A stretch of 64,000 nt of DNA. It comes from Alphaproteobacteria bacterium. GTDB taxonomy: Bacteria; Pseudomonadota; Alphaproteobacteria; UBA8366; GCA-2717185. The translations under genes and the position numbers were made by a program. The notes under the pieces are model-generated. The model worked only from the letters and a program-made list of their open reading frames with translations, did no database searches and was not told where the DNA came from. Shown piece after piece: positions 49,807 through 59,619 of this stretch (positions are counted from its first letter, which is position 1; each line of letters starts with the position of its first letter). The DNA lies in NCBI GenBank assembly GCA_028822585.1, contig JAPKDL010000008.1, positions 1,256 through 65,255 on the forward strand. The letters are read 5' to 3'.

Positions 49807-50274
49807 ATGGAAACTGTGGGCCTGGGCCTGTATTTCGAAGATCTGCCCGTCGGCAAAACCTTTAAGACAATTGGACGGAGCGTGACGGAAGCGGATATCA
49901 TCAATTTCGTTAACGCCACCGGTATGGTCGAGGTACTGTTTACTAATCTGGAGTTTCTGGCGGAAGAATCCGATATCAAGGGTCGCCCGGCGCCGGGCGC
50001 GCTTGGCTATACTTTCGCTGAAGGTTTGCTTGTGCAGTCGACGATGCAGCACACCGGGTACGCCTTCCTTCATATGGAGATGGAGATCAAAGCCCCGGTG
50101 TTGGCGGGTGATACGATCCATGTTGAATGCGAGGTCATCGAGTCGCGGCGCAGCAAGAGCCGTCCGGGACGCGGCCTTGTCCGCACACGCAACAACGTTG
50201 TCAATCAAGATGGGACGGTGGTCATCGTCTACACACCGTTGCGGATGGTGAAGTGCCGTAGCGATAGTGAATAA
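49807..50274 (+). CDS. MaoC-family (R)-specific enoyl-CoA hydratase (single hotdog)
   Basis: 155 aa with the hotdog hydratase pattern (FEDLPVGKTF...TEADIINFVNATG). Confidence 0.8.
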   Translation: METVGLGLYFEDLPVGKTFKTIGRSVTEADIINFVNATGMVEVLFTNLEFLAEESDIKGRPAPGALGYTFAEGLLVQSTMQHTGYAFLHMEMEIKAPVLAGDTIHVECEVIESRRSKSRPGRGLVRTRNNVVNQDGTVVIVYTPLRMVKCRSDSE

Positions 50275-50302
50275 GTACAGACTATAAATCGGAGGCATAA
50301 CC

Positions 50303-51280
50303 ATGGCGTTACCCTTGGAAGACCGTTTGAAGGTCGGCGTTCAGACAATTCACCGGCGCACCGAACCCGCTGTCGGGGTCTGGGAGCCTCGGATCGACCA
50401 GCTTGTCGAAGTCGTCGAATTGGTCGACCGTTGCGGGTATGATTCACTCTGGATGGGTGACCATGTGTCTTTTCCCATTCCAATGATGGACCCGCTGTTG
50501 ATGATCGCCCAGGCTGCGGTGGTGAGCCGCCGATTGACCTTTGGAACGGGGGTTTACCTGTTGCCGTTGCGCCATCCGGCACCGGTGGCGAAACAGGTGT
50601 CTACTCTAGATCATTTGACCGAAGGCCGCTTCATTTTCGGCGTTGGCGTAGGCGGTGAATTTCCCAAGGAATATGAACTGTGCGGTGTTCCGATCAACGA
50701 ACGCGGCGCGCGGTTGAGCGAAGGCATGAAGGTTCTGCGCAAATTATGGTCGGGCGAGCCGGTGTCACATGAAAGCAGGTTTTATAACTTTGATGGCATC
50801 CCCATGCAGCCTCCTGGACGTCAGCCAGGCGGGCCGCCAATTTGGGTGGGTGGTCGGTCGGATGCGGCGTTGCGCCGCGCCGGTCGTCTCTCAGATGGCT
50901 ATGTGTCTTATGTTATTACGCCGGATATGTTCGTAAGCGCACTGGAAAAAATCGAAGTGGCGGCCCAGGAAGCTGAGCGGAAAATTGATGCTTTTGGGAC
51001 GGGACATTTGTTGTTCATGCGCATCGACGACACCTATGAAAAAGCGCTCGATGTTGCGACTGAAACTCTGAGCGTGCGTTACGCAATGGATTTCCGCAAA
51101 GCGGCCCAGCGTTACGCCGCGTTGGGAACACCGGCGCAGGTCTCGGAGAAAATTCGTGAATTCCATGCGGCGGGCGTCCGCCACATCATGCTCGATCTGT
51201 TGGGACCTTATGAAGAACGCAGCGCACAGATTGAACGGTTCGCGGCGGAAGCGCTGCCGTTGCTAAATGATTTAAGGTGA
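50303..51280 (+). CDS. Luciferase-like (LLM class) flavin/F420-dependent oxidoreductase
   Basis: LLM motifs (GYDSLWMGDHV, LDHLTEGRFIFGVGVG, GGPPIWVGG). Confidence 0.85.
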   Translation: MALPLEDRLKVGVQTIHRRTEPAVGVWEPRIDQLVEVVELVDRCGYDSLWMGDHVSFPIPMMDPLLMIAQAAVVSRRLTFGTGVYLLPLRHPAPVAKQVSTLDHLTEGRFIFGVGVGGEFPKEYELCGVPINERGARLSEGMKVLRKLWSGEPVSHESRFYNFDGIPMQPPGRQPGGPPIWVGGRSDAALRRAGRLSDGYVSYVITPDMFVSALEKIEVAAQEAERKIDAFGTGHLLFMRIDDTYEKALDVATETLSVRYAMDFRKAAQRYAALGTPAQVSEKIREFHAAGVRHIMLDLLGPYEERSAQIERFAAEALPLLNDLR

Positions 51281-51285
51281 CACAC

Positions 51286-52119
51286 ATGAGTGCAATCGAA
51301 ATTCGTCCCATCTCCGGTGCCTTGGGCGCGGAAATCAGCGGTGTTGATTTGTCCCAGGATTTGGACCCATCGATTGTTGATAAACTCAAGGACGCCTTTC
51401 ACGAACACCTTGTTGTCTTTTTCCGTGATCAGCCAATTTCATCAAATCGATTTTTGACCTTTGCTGGGCTGTTTGGCGAGGTTATTCCCTATCCGATGTT
51501 GGAAGGGTTGGACAATTACCCCAAGATTGTGCCGGTTTTGAAATTGCCGGGGGAAACCACGAATTTTGGTGGAATTTGGCATACGGATACGGCGTATTTG
51601 GAAAGCCCACCAATGGGATCAATTTTGATCGCACGGGAATTGCCACCCACGGGCGGCGACACCCTGTGGTCGAACATGTATCTGGCCTATGAGACCCTAT
51701 CAGATGGCTTGAAACGCATGTTGGGCGAGTTGACGGCATTGAACACCTCAGCCAAGGGGGCTGCCGCTAAAACACGGGAAGACCGACGCAAGACGGCGGC
51801 GATCGATGGGGCAGGGGTTATCCCGGAAGCCGTTCACCCTGTGGTTCGCACGCACCCTGTGACTGGACGTAAGGCATTGTATGTGAATTTTGGGCACACG
51901 ACCCGGTTCGCCGGCATGACCGAAGCCGAGAGCGCGCCAATTCTGGAATATTTGTTTGCGCATCAAACTAGGCCGGAATTTACCTGCCGGTTTTCATGGC
52001 GGGAAGGCGACATCGCGTTTTGGGATAATCGCGCGACCCAGCATTTACCGCTAAACGATTACCACGGTTATAAGCGGTTGTTGCACCGAATTACGCTGGC
52101 GGGGGATCGCCCGGTTTAA
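51286..52119 (+). CDS. TauD/TfdA-family Fe(II)/2-oxoglutarate dioxygenase
   Basis: WHTDTAY (HxD) and WDNRATQH. AAGGTG lies 6 nt upstream of ATG 51286, which is 5 nt past the LLM stop. Confidence 0.85.
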   Translation: MSAIEIRPISGALGAEISGVDLSQDLDPSIVDKLKDAFHEHLVVFFRDQPISSNRFLTFAGLFGEVIPYPMLEGLDNYPKIVPVLKLPGETTNFGGIWHTDTAYLESPPMGSILIARELPPTGGDTLWSNMYLAYETLSDGLKRMLGELTALNTSAKGAAAKTREDRRKTAAIDGAGVIPEAVHPVVRTHPVTGRKALYVNFGHTTRFAGMTEAESAPILEYLFAHQTRPEFTCRFSWREGDIAFWDNRATQHLPLNDYHGYKRLLHRITLAGDRPV

Positions 52120-52130
52120 ATTTGACAGTT

Positions 52131-52946
52131 TTAACCGCGACTGGCGCGTCGCGCAGCGGTGTCTTGGATACCCGCGGTCATGCCGCCATCCACGGGCAAG
52201 GACGTGCCCGTGATCATGCCTGCATCCGCTGAGGCCAGGAACAGGGCCGCATTAGCGATGTCGATGGGTTGCGCGACGCGTCCCAGCGGGATCGACTGAC
52301 CGGATTTCGCCACCGATTCGTCTTTTTGCGCCTGGGTCCAATCCTCTGACATGAAGCCGCGAACCATTGCGGTGTCGGTGGAGACCGGGCACACGGCGTT
52401 GACGCGAATATTTTCTGATGCCAATTCCAACGACAGGCCTTTCATTAATCCAATAACGCCATGCTTGGTCGCGGTGTACGGCGTCAAATACGGTCGCGCG
52501 CTGATCCCTTGTAGGCTGGAGGTGTAGACGATCGCCGCGCCGCCCTCCAAGGATGATGCGCTGTCCCGCAGTGCTGGCAGAGCCGCTTGAGTCATCCGGA
52601 ATGGACCGGTTAAATTGACGCTGATGATCTGTTCCAACTGGTCGTCACTAATGTTTTCGAACCGGCCGCCGGATCCGATCCCAGCATTGTTGTACAGGAT
52701 ATCCAGCCTGCCGAACCGTTCCACCGCCAAGGCGACGGCGGCTTCGTTGTCGTCGCGACTCCGGTGGTCGACATGGGCATACACGCACGCATCGCCCAAT
52801 TCCGTTGCGATAGGCTCGCCTGCTGTATCATTAATATCACCGATGACAACTTTTGCGCCTTCAGCCACGAACAATCTCGCTGCAGCGGCACCGATGCCTG
52901 ACGCACCGCCGGTGATGATAGCTACTCTGTCCTGCAGACGTCCCAT
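52131..52946 (-). CDS. Short-chain dehydrogenase/reductase (SDR)
   Basis: TGGASGIG cofactor motif, NNAG, and the catalytic YTATK (YxxxK). Confidence 0.9.
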   Translation of the reverse strand: MGRLQDRVAIITGGASGIGAAAARLFVAEGAKVVIGDINDTAGEPIATELGDACVYAHVDHRSRDDNEAAVALAVERFGRLDILYNNAGIGSGGRFENISDDQLEQIISVNLTGPFRMTQAALPALRDSASSLEGGAAIVYTSSLQGISARPYLTPYTATKHGVIGLMKGLSLELASENIRVNAVCPVSTDTAMVRGFMSEDWTQAQKDESVAKSGQSIPLGRVAQPIDIANAALFLASADAGMITGTSLPVDGGMTAGIQDTAARRASRG

Positions 52947-52955
52947 TAATTAAAC

Positions 52956-54158
52956 CTATGCAACCTGTTGGTGGACGGGGACCTCGACGTTGAGAAACTT
53001 CGCCGCGTTCAAGCCTAATAATTTGGCGCGCTGAGTATTATTAAGCATGCCCATTGTGCGTTCGATGGCTTCGGCGGAATGTGGCCAAGTGCCTTCATGG
53101 TGGGGATAATCGTTCGCCCACATGAAGTTATCGATTAGGTTATAGCTTTCGGCCAAATGCAGACCGGACGGGTCTTCCTGGAAACTCGCATAGCCATGAT
53201 TGCGGAAATAGTCGCTGGGTAGGCCCTGTAATTTCGGGCGCGTCCACATGTGGTGCTTGCGATGTGCTTCGTCCATGGCGTCCAACAACCAGGGAATCCA
53301 GCCGATGCCCGCTTCTATGGTTGCGAAATTCAAGCCGGGGAAGCGCTCTAATACGCCTGATGCACATAAATTTGCTACGGGCTCAATAGTGGGCGAGAGG
53401 GAATGCGTGACGTAGTTGATGATCGCGCCGCCGTTGCCACGTGACGCGCGCGGATCGCGCCCGGTCGAGACATGAAAGGTCATTGGCATGTTGGTTTCTT
53501 CCAACAGCGCCCACATGGGATCAAAATGGGGCAAGTTGTAATTTACATGATCGATGTCATGCGCACCCCACATTGGTTTGCATGGTAGCGTCACTGCCTT
53601 AAACCCAAGTTTTGCGCAGCGCGTAATTTCTGCCAAGGTGCCTTCGAGATCGCCTGTCGACATTGCGGCGGCGGGCACGAAATTGTTGGGATGGGAGGAA
53701 TATTGTTCCCATGCCCAATTGTTCCAGACCCGGCATTGCGCTGTTGCAAAGACCGGATCCGGCGTCGCCCACATGCCAAGGCCCTTGTTTGGGAATATCA
53801 GTTCGACATCGATTCCGTCTTCCTTGTTATCTATAATACGCTTTTCAATGTCAGCTCCAGCCTTGGCGCGCAACTGATCCTCGCCTTCGAAGCTGGAGAT
53901 ACGCAACCGGTCGGGTCGGTGACCTTCTGAGACGCGCCACTGGACGCCATTTTCATCGGTTTCCACGTGGGGCACCCGGTCGCGGTATTCTGGCTCGATT
54001 TGCGTTGCCCATAAATCAGGGGGTTCGTTAGCATGGCAATCCGCGGAGACAATAAAATATTTCTTTGGGGAATCCGCGCGCGGTGACATTTCCCATCCGC
54101 TGTCACCAGGGGTTTCCAGGCGCCAAAGATTTTGTTCGTTGATTTGAAAATCATCCAT
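52956..54158 (-). CDS. Amidohydrolase-2 (ACMSD/LigW-type) family metal-dependent hydrolase/decarboxylase
   Basis: SADCHANEPPDLW N-terminal metal motif, FHVSTG, and a WANDYPHHEG C-terminal motif. Confidence 0.85.
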   Translation of the reverse strand: MDDFQINEQNLWRLETPGDSGWEMSPRADSPKKYFIVSADCHANEPPDLWATQIEPEYRDRVPHVETDENGVQWRVSEGHRPDRLRISSFEGEDQLRAKAGADIEKRIIDNKEDGIDVELIFPNKGLGMWATPDPVFATAQCRVWNNWAWEQYSSHPNNFVPAAAMSTGDLEGTLAEITRCAKLGFKAVTLPCKPMWGAHDIDHVNYNLPHFDPMWALLEETNMPMTFHVSTGRDPRASRGNGGAIINYVTHSLSPTIEPVANLCASGVLERFPGLNFATIEAGIGWIPWLLDAMDEAHRKHHMWTRPKLQGLPSDYFRNHGYASFQEDPSGLHLAESYNLIDNFMWANDYPHHEGTWPHSAEAIERTMGMLNNTQRAKLLGLNAAKFLNVEVPVHQQVA

Positions 54159-54195
54159 GGTTTCTCTCCGCTCTATGTATTGTTAGACCTGCCGA

Positions 54196-54642
54196 TTAGC
54201 TATATTGCCACTGCAACAGCGTGAAAGCTGGGTCGTTGTCTTTGTGATGTTCGAGCACGGCATTTACGGGCGCGCCGATGCGGACTTCCTGTTCTGGATC
54301 GCCCAGCAAATTGCCGATCATCCGGATGTTGCCGTAATCCCGCAATTCCACCAGCACTACGATGTAGGGACCCTGGTTGCTCAAAGCTGAATGGACCGGA
54401 TGCCAGACTCGTTCCCAGCTATAAATGTGACCATTACCTTCAACTTTGGTCCAGGTCAGGTCAAACGAATGGCATTTGTGGCACATCCATTCCGGACCCC
54501 ATTGCCAGTTCTGGCATTTGTCACAGCGTTGCACGAGAATTTCGTTGTTTTGCAGACCTTCCCAATAGGGTTTGCTTAACCCGTCGGCTTCAGGGACTGG
54601 GGCGGGCAGGCCTTCGTCGAGATAGTAAGCGCGTTCCGACAT
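54196..54642 (-). CDS. DUF35 OB-fold/zinc-ribbon acyl-CoA-associated protein
   Basis: PYWEGL..., Cys4 ribbon CDKC...CHKC, and an OB-fold tail. Its ATG overlaps the thiolase stop (TAATG). The track ORF has a spurious 53-codon extension. Confidence 0.8.
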   Translation of the reverse strand: MSERAYYLDEGLPAPVPEADGLSKPYWEGLQNNEILVQRCDKCQNWQWGPEWMCHKCHSFDLTWTKVEGNGHIYSWERVWHPVHSALSNQGPYIVVLVELRDYGNIRMIGNLLGDPEQEVRIGAPVNAVLEHHKDNDPAFTLLQWQYS

Positions 54643-55823
54643 TATAATGTGGCCTCCGTACCAAAAATTGAACTGCTGACCGGCGTCACCATGGGGCCGG
54701 AACAAACGATGGAAACATCGACATCGGCGACTGGGTTGGGCGAGTCTCCGCGAATTTGCCGGATGGCCTCCAATTGAAGCTCTAGTCCGTGCATGTAGCA
54801 TTCCGCCAAATTGCCGCCGCTGGTGTTCAACGGCATCTTGCCCGTTGGTGCCAACAAATTATCGACCTTTAAGAAGTCGTTGGCTTCTTCGGCGGCGAAA
54901 AAGCCGTGCTCGACCAGGCTCATCAGAACGCCGCCCGTGAAGTTTTCATAGCTTTGCACCACATCGACATCTTTGGGCGTGACTTGCGCCATTTCGAACA
55001 GGTGCGGCGCAACGCTGGCGAAGCTTGAACTGGCGTAGTTTGGCGCGTTATGGGAAGGCGCGGCGCAACGGTGGTCCGACCCTGACGAGACGCCCAGTAC
55101 GTAAGACGGTTTATGCGGTAAATCTTTCGCCCGTTCGGCGGGCACGATGATCATCGCTGCCGCACCGTCATTTTCCATACAACAGTCGAACAACTTGAAT
55201 GGTTCCACGATCCAACGTGAATTATCGTATTTTTCCTCGTCCAGCGGGCGACCGTTCATGACCGCGCGCGGATTGTTTTGCGCGTGGTGATAGGACGCCA
55301 TTGCGATGGCGCGCTGGGCTTCCTGACGCACCCCGTGATCATGCATGAAGCGCATCATTTTCATGGCGAAGCGTTGCGCTGGGGACAATAATCCATATGG
55401 ACTGGCCATGGCTAGGTCGCCAGAAATCGTCGGGACCTGCGGGCCGCGTCCAAACCGTGCGAACTGGCCTTGCGCTAGGGCGCGGAATACAACGACGCAA
55501 TCGGCCATGCCGCCGGCCACCGCCGCCGATGCGTTGCCAACCGCAGCTGATCCGCCGCCGCCGCCGCCGCCCCATTGCATGTTGGAGAAGCGCAGCTCTT
55601 TCGTGCCAAGCGCCGCGGCCAATCGAGACGGGTCGTTCCGGTCATTGGAGTAGGATGAAAAGCCATCGATTTCGCGCGGGTCAATCCCGGCGTCTTCGCA
55701 GGCGGCCAAAATAGCCATCAACGCCAGTTTGAATTCCGATTCCGGCGCTTGGCCATGTTTGTAATAAGTTGTTTCGCCGATTCCGGCGACAGCGGTTTTA
55801 CCACGCAGCGTACGTTCGCCCAT
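54642..55823 (-). CDS. SCP-x/nonspecific lipid-transfer-type thiolase-like protein
   Basis: MGERTLRGKTAVAGIGETTY N-terminus and thiolase fold. It is paired with DUF35 as in BbsAB or Ltp2-type systems. Confidence 0.85.
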   Translation of the reverse strand: MGERTLRGKTAVAGIGETTYYKHGQAPESEFKLALMAILAACEDAGIDPREIDGFSSYSNDRNDPSRLAAALGTKELRFSNMQWGGGGGGGSAAVGNASAAVAGGMADCVVVFRALAQGQFARFGRGPQVPTISGDLAMASPYGLLSPAQRFAMKMMRFMHDHGVRQEAQRAIAMASYHHAQNNPRAVMNGRPLDEEKYDNSRWIVEPFKLFDCCMENDGAAAMIIVPAERAKDLPHKPSYVLGVSSGSDHRCAAPSHNAPNYASSSFASVAPHLFEMAQVTPKDVDVVQSYENFTGGVLMSLVEHGFFAAEEANDFLKVDNLLAPTGKMPLNTSGGNLAECYMHGLELQLEAIRQIRGDSPNPVADVDVSIVCSGPMVTPVSSSIFGTEATL

Positions 55824-56012
55824 AAGATTTCGATCCGTTCTTGTCGTTTTGCTGGATAAAACAGTAGCCCAAGGATTTTCGGGGGTAAAGGTTGCTCGCC
55901 CCATAATTTATAGATACTGGAATGTGAATGCACGGGCCTTCCGCTTTGAGCCGCCGCCGCGCCCGTGTTAAAGCTCGTCGCGTAATTTCAAATCAAAATG
56001 GATAACTAACGG

Positions 56013-57095
56013 ATGAGCATGTCGACAGAGACACCCAAGGTGATAACTACGCTGGGGATTGGCTTTTTTGAAAAATGGCTGACGGTGTGGGTTGCGCTTT
56101 GCATCATTGTAGGCATTGGCCTAGGTAATTTCGCGCCCGAGGCGTTCGAAGTCCTGGCCGGGTGGAAGTATGCGTCGGTCAATCTGGTTGTGGCGGTGCT
56201 CATCTGGGCGATGGTCTATCCCATGATGGTCGCCGTTGATTTCGCCAGTCTGCGCCATATTGGCGACCGGCCAAAGGGATTGGTTGTCACCATCGTGGTG
56301 AATTGGTTGATCAAGCCGTTCACGATGGCGGCGTTGGGCGTGTGGTTCTTCGAATACATCTTCGCCGATTTAATCGCGCCGAAGGATGCACAGGAATATA
56401 TCGCGGGATTGATCTTGTTGGGCGCCGCGCCTTGCACGGCGATGGTGTTCGTCTGGTCGCAGCTTACGCGCGGCGATCCCGCCTATACGCTGATGCAAGT
56501 GTCGGTCAACGATGTCATCATGATTTTCGCTTTCGCGCCCATCGTCGCCTTCTTGTTGGGCGTCACGGATATTACGGTGCCGTGGAAAACGTTGTTGCTG
56601 TCGGTTGTGTTGTATGTGGTGATTCCGCTGGCGGCGGGCGCCGCGACAAGGTGGTTGATTGTGTCGCGTACAGACAACGCGCGCGAGGGCGATGTCGCCG
56701 TGTCGCGCTTCACCGACCGAATCAAGCCTTACTCCATCGTGGGATTATTGGCGACAGTGGTATTGCTGTTCGGGTTCCAGGGGCATGTAATTCTGGATCG
56801 TCCCCTGTTGATAGGCTTGATAGCCGTGCCGCTTGTGCTGCAGTCCTATGGCATATTCATCGTCGCCTATGTGGCGGCGTGGGCGTGGCGGATACCGTTC
56901 AACGTCGCGGCACCATGCGCCCTGATAGGCACGTCGAATTTCTTTGAACTAGCGGTGGCGGTGGCGATAAGCTTGTTTGGGTTGGACTCGGGTGCCGCCT
57001 TGGCCACGGTGGTTGGCGTCCTGGTGGAAGTCCCGGTCATGCTGTCGCTGGTCGCATTGGCCAACCGGACGCGTAACCTGTTTCCCGCAACCTGA
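56013..57095 (+). CDS. ACR3-family arsenite efflux permease (BART superfamily)
   Basis: [10 protein letters not shown] and [23 protein letters not shown], including the conserved Cys of Acr3. Confidence 0.85.
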   Translation: MSMSTETPKVITTLGIGFFEKWLTVWVALCIIVGIGLGNFAPEAFEVLAGWKYASVNLVVAVLIWAMVYPMMVAVDFASLRHIGDRPKGLVVTIVVNWLIKPFTMAALGVWFFEYIFADLIAPKDAQEYIAGLILLGAAPCTAMVFVWSQLTRGDPAYTLMQVSVNDVIMIFAFAPIVAFLLGVTDITVPWKTLLLSVVLYVVIPLAAGAATRWLIVSRTDNAREGDVAVSRFTDRIKPYSIVGLLATVVLLFGFQGHVILDRPLLIGLIAVPLVLQSYGIFIVAYVAAWAWRIPFNVAAPCALIGTSNFFELAVAVAISLFGLDSGAALATVVGVLVEVPVMLSLVALANRTRNLFPAT

Positions 57096-57107
57096 AGGAA
57101 CGCCGGT

Positions 57108-57872
57108 TTGTTTGGCCTGCCATTCGAGATGCTCTTATTCCTTTGCGGTGCGACGGTGCTCGCGGCCACGCTGCAAACGGCGACAGGTATCGGCTTTGGT
57201 TTGATTGCGGGGCCGTTTGTGTTGATGGCTATACAAGGACGCGACGCCATCGAAGTCACCGCGTTGTTGAGCCTATTGATCACCTTGGTTCTCGCGCCGA
57301 AATTACTGCCTGACGTCAATCGGCGGGACTTAGTGAATTTGACGATTGGGTGCGCCGTGGGTTTGCCCGCCGGGTTGCTGGTCTATCTGTATGCCGATGC
57401 GTTTTATTTGAAGCTGGGCGCGGCGATAGTGATCTTAATGGTTCTGGGCATGATGTTTTTTCCGATTCGCGCAGCCGCCGGGCACACAGGAAAATTTGAA
57501 CGGTCCGGTGGCGTGCTGGCCGGGGTGGCGGCGGGCGTGTTGGGCACCTGTTTGGCGATGCCAGGGCCAGTGGCGGCGGTTTTTCTGGTTCGCCAGGGCC
57601 GGGGCAAAGCCGTTGTCCGGGCGACAATGTTGACGTTCTTCGTCTTCGCGTTGGGCGCGGCGCTGGCGTTGCAAGTTATTGTCGATGGGCTGCCCACCAG
57701 GGTTATGGAGGTTTCCGCGGTTCTGGCCCCGGCCTGTATCGTTGGCCTTGTTATGGGCAATTATTTAGTGACGAGGGTGAGTGAAAAGGCATTTCAGCGA
57801 CTGCTGCAAGTGGTCCTTGCAGGGACGGTGTTGAGCTTGCTGGTGTCGTCATACGGCGACTTAAATCTTTAA
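57108..57872 (+). CDS. TauE/SafE (TSUP) family anion exporter
   Basis: Eight hydrophobic segments in a duplicated 4-TM arrangement. TTG start 12 nt after the ACR3 stop. Confidence 0.75.
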   Translation: MFGLPFEMLLFLCGATVLAATLQTATGIGFGLIAGPFVLMAIQGRDAIEVTALLSLLITLVLAPKLLPDVNRRDLVNLTIGCAVGLPAGLLVYLYADAFYLKLGAAIVILMVLGMMFFPIRAAAGHTGKFERSGGVLAGVAAGVLGTCLAMPGPVAAVFLVRQGRGKAVVRATMLTFFVFALGAALALQVIVDGLPTRVMEVSAVLAPACIVGLVMGNYLVTRVSEKAFQRLLQVVLAGTVLSLLVSSYGDLNL

Positions 57873-59491
57873 GCGAGCGCTTGCACCCAAAACACATACA
57901 TGGCCTCGAATGCGTCGGAATTTTCACCTTCGAAGGCGATCCAGGCGTCTAAGTCGCCCAGCGCATTGTGGCCTTTGGCGTCGATAAACCGCGTGGTTGT
58001 CGCAGGGCTGGCGTCGAAACATAAAAATCGCAATCCCTGCTGGTCGATAAAGTCGCGGATTTCGAGCAGGGTCAGCGGAATTTCGTGGACGTTGAACAGC
58101 AGATCCCGAAGGTTCGATAGGGTGTTGAAATCGGCCGATTGGATGATGGATCTCTCGAAGTCGTTTTGCGGCGCGCAGATCATGTTGTGGCGTAAGGTTC
58201 TAATCATGTCGTCGCTGGGAGGCTCGGTGTGGTCCAGCCCGGCGCGGTATTTTGACAATCCAGCCCGCGCTGACGCGCTGTAGACTCCGACCGCCATCAA
58301 ACCTCTCGGTTTTAAAACGTTAAGCAACTGCCGCCAGCTTTCCATCGGATCGGCGGTATGGTGCAGCACGCCGATGGATTCGATGATGTCGAACGTTCGA
58401 TCCAGGCTATCGATGTCCAGAATATCGCCCTGGGCGAGGGTCAGATTTTTCACTGCAAAGGTCTTTGTCATACGCGCCGCATAGGACAGGCTCGTGCGGC
58501 TTAGATCAACGCCTAGGACCGACGATTTGGGGCCATATCCCAACGCCGAAACAATGGCGTGCTGGCCGGTGCCGCACCCCGCGATCAGGACACCGGGTCT
58601 CTTTATTCTATGTAGCCGGTTATCGTTGGACAGGCTGCGCGCCATGGTAAGCCGTCCGCTGGCTTCGGGAACATTTAGGCTGGTCCAGCGGGGATAGGGG
58701 GCGTTGGCGTATTGCGCGCCGACTTTCATAGACACTTCATCGGTGATGGTGCCAAATGTCGGAATCGAATGGGCCTCGTCGTCTGTGTAGTTTGCACCTT
58801 CATAGAGAGCGTTAAGCATGGATTTGGCGGCGCCCGAAGGCAAGTTTTCCAATCCCGCCGTTTCGGAATCGCTTTGCAGCCAAACGGCTTCGTTCAATTC
58901 TACCTGCCGGGTTATTGCCAATGCAATGCTCGCTACTGGCGTATTTTTCAATCGTTCTGGTTTTTGAAGAAGTTTCGTGCGCACGGCTATCAAGAGTAAT
59001 TCCAAATTGAATGCCTGCACGGTGTCGGTTTCCAGTGCAGTGATAAACAACGCGTCGTCTGCGATCTCCTCGGCGGCGTCGAGAAACAACCCCGCGGCAA
59101 TATCCCACGTCCCAGTTTCACCGGCGCCTATGATCTTGATCAAGGGCCAGCGGCTCATGGCTTTGAACATCGCGATCTGCGCGAGTGACGCCCGATCCAC
59201 CGTCGGGTTATTGAGAAGATTCAACAAGCCCGGTTCGGAGAGGCTCGATACGTTAAAATCAGCATAGGTTGCGGCCAAGTTCGACGCCGTGCGCAACACC
59301 AGTCGTGCGTTGACGCCAGTCCCGATCCGATCGAGCAGCATTTCCAGAGCAGCTTGGGGATCGCCTGCACGCTCCAGCGAAATCGCATGTTGGGCTACCG
59401 CCAAGGGGGTCGCCCGACGGTGGTTGAAGTTGCGTGAAGGCTCATGGTCAGTCATCGCACGCAGACTAACATCGTGGGCGCGTGCGTCCAT
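57869..59491 (-). CDS. Class I SAM-dependent methyltransferase with a large helical N-terminal domain
   Basis: SAM motif VLIAGCGTGQHA, post-I VLGVDLS, and DIIESIGVLHH. The first ~300 aa are not recognisable. Confidence 0.75.
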   Translation of the reverse strand: MDARAHDVSLRAMTDHEPSRNFNHRRATPLAVAQHAISLERAGDPQAALEMLLDRIGTGVNARLVLRTASNLAATYADFNVSSLSEPGLLNLLNNPTVDRASLAQIAMFKAMSRWPLIKIIGAGETGTWDIAAGLFLDAAEEIADDALFITALETDTVQAFNLELLLIAVRTKLLQKPERLKNTPVASIALAITRQVELNEAVWLQSDSETAGLENLPSGAAKSMLNALYEGANYTDDEAHSIPTFGTITDEVSMKVGAQYANAPYPRWTSLNVPEASGRLTMARSLSNDNRLHRIKRPGVLIAGCGTGQHAIVSALGYGPKSSVLGVDLSRTSLSYAARMTKTFAVKNLTLAQGDILDIDSLDRTFDIIESIGVLHHTADPMESWRQLLNVLKPRGLMAVGVYSASARAGLSKYRAGLDHTEPPSDDMIRTLRHNMICAPQNDFERSIIQSADFNTLSNLRDLLFNVHEIPLTLLEIRDFIDQQGLRFLCFDASPATTTRFIDAKGHNALGDLDAWIAFEGENSDAFEAMYVFWVQALA

Positions 59492-59619
59492 GATGGGTGC
59501 TTTTGATAATTTTAAAGGGTGATTGTGTGAAAAAGTTGTCCGGACCCATGATTTGGGTGTTTTTTTTAAAACTCGGCGAATAGCTTAGGCCCCGAACATT
59601 TTTATGAATATGAAAAGGT

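Noticed and set aside
59540-59570. Small hairpin ACCCA-TGATT-TGGGT followed by T8 upstream of hyuA-like, as a terminator
   Set aside because: The stem is only 5 bp and lies in a divergent promoter region with no upstream plus-strand gene. The T-run is more plausibly an AT-rich promoter or UP-like element.
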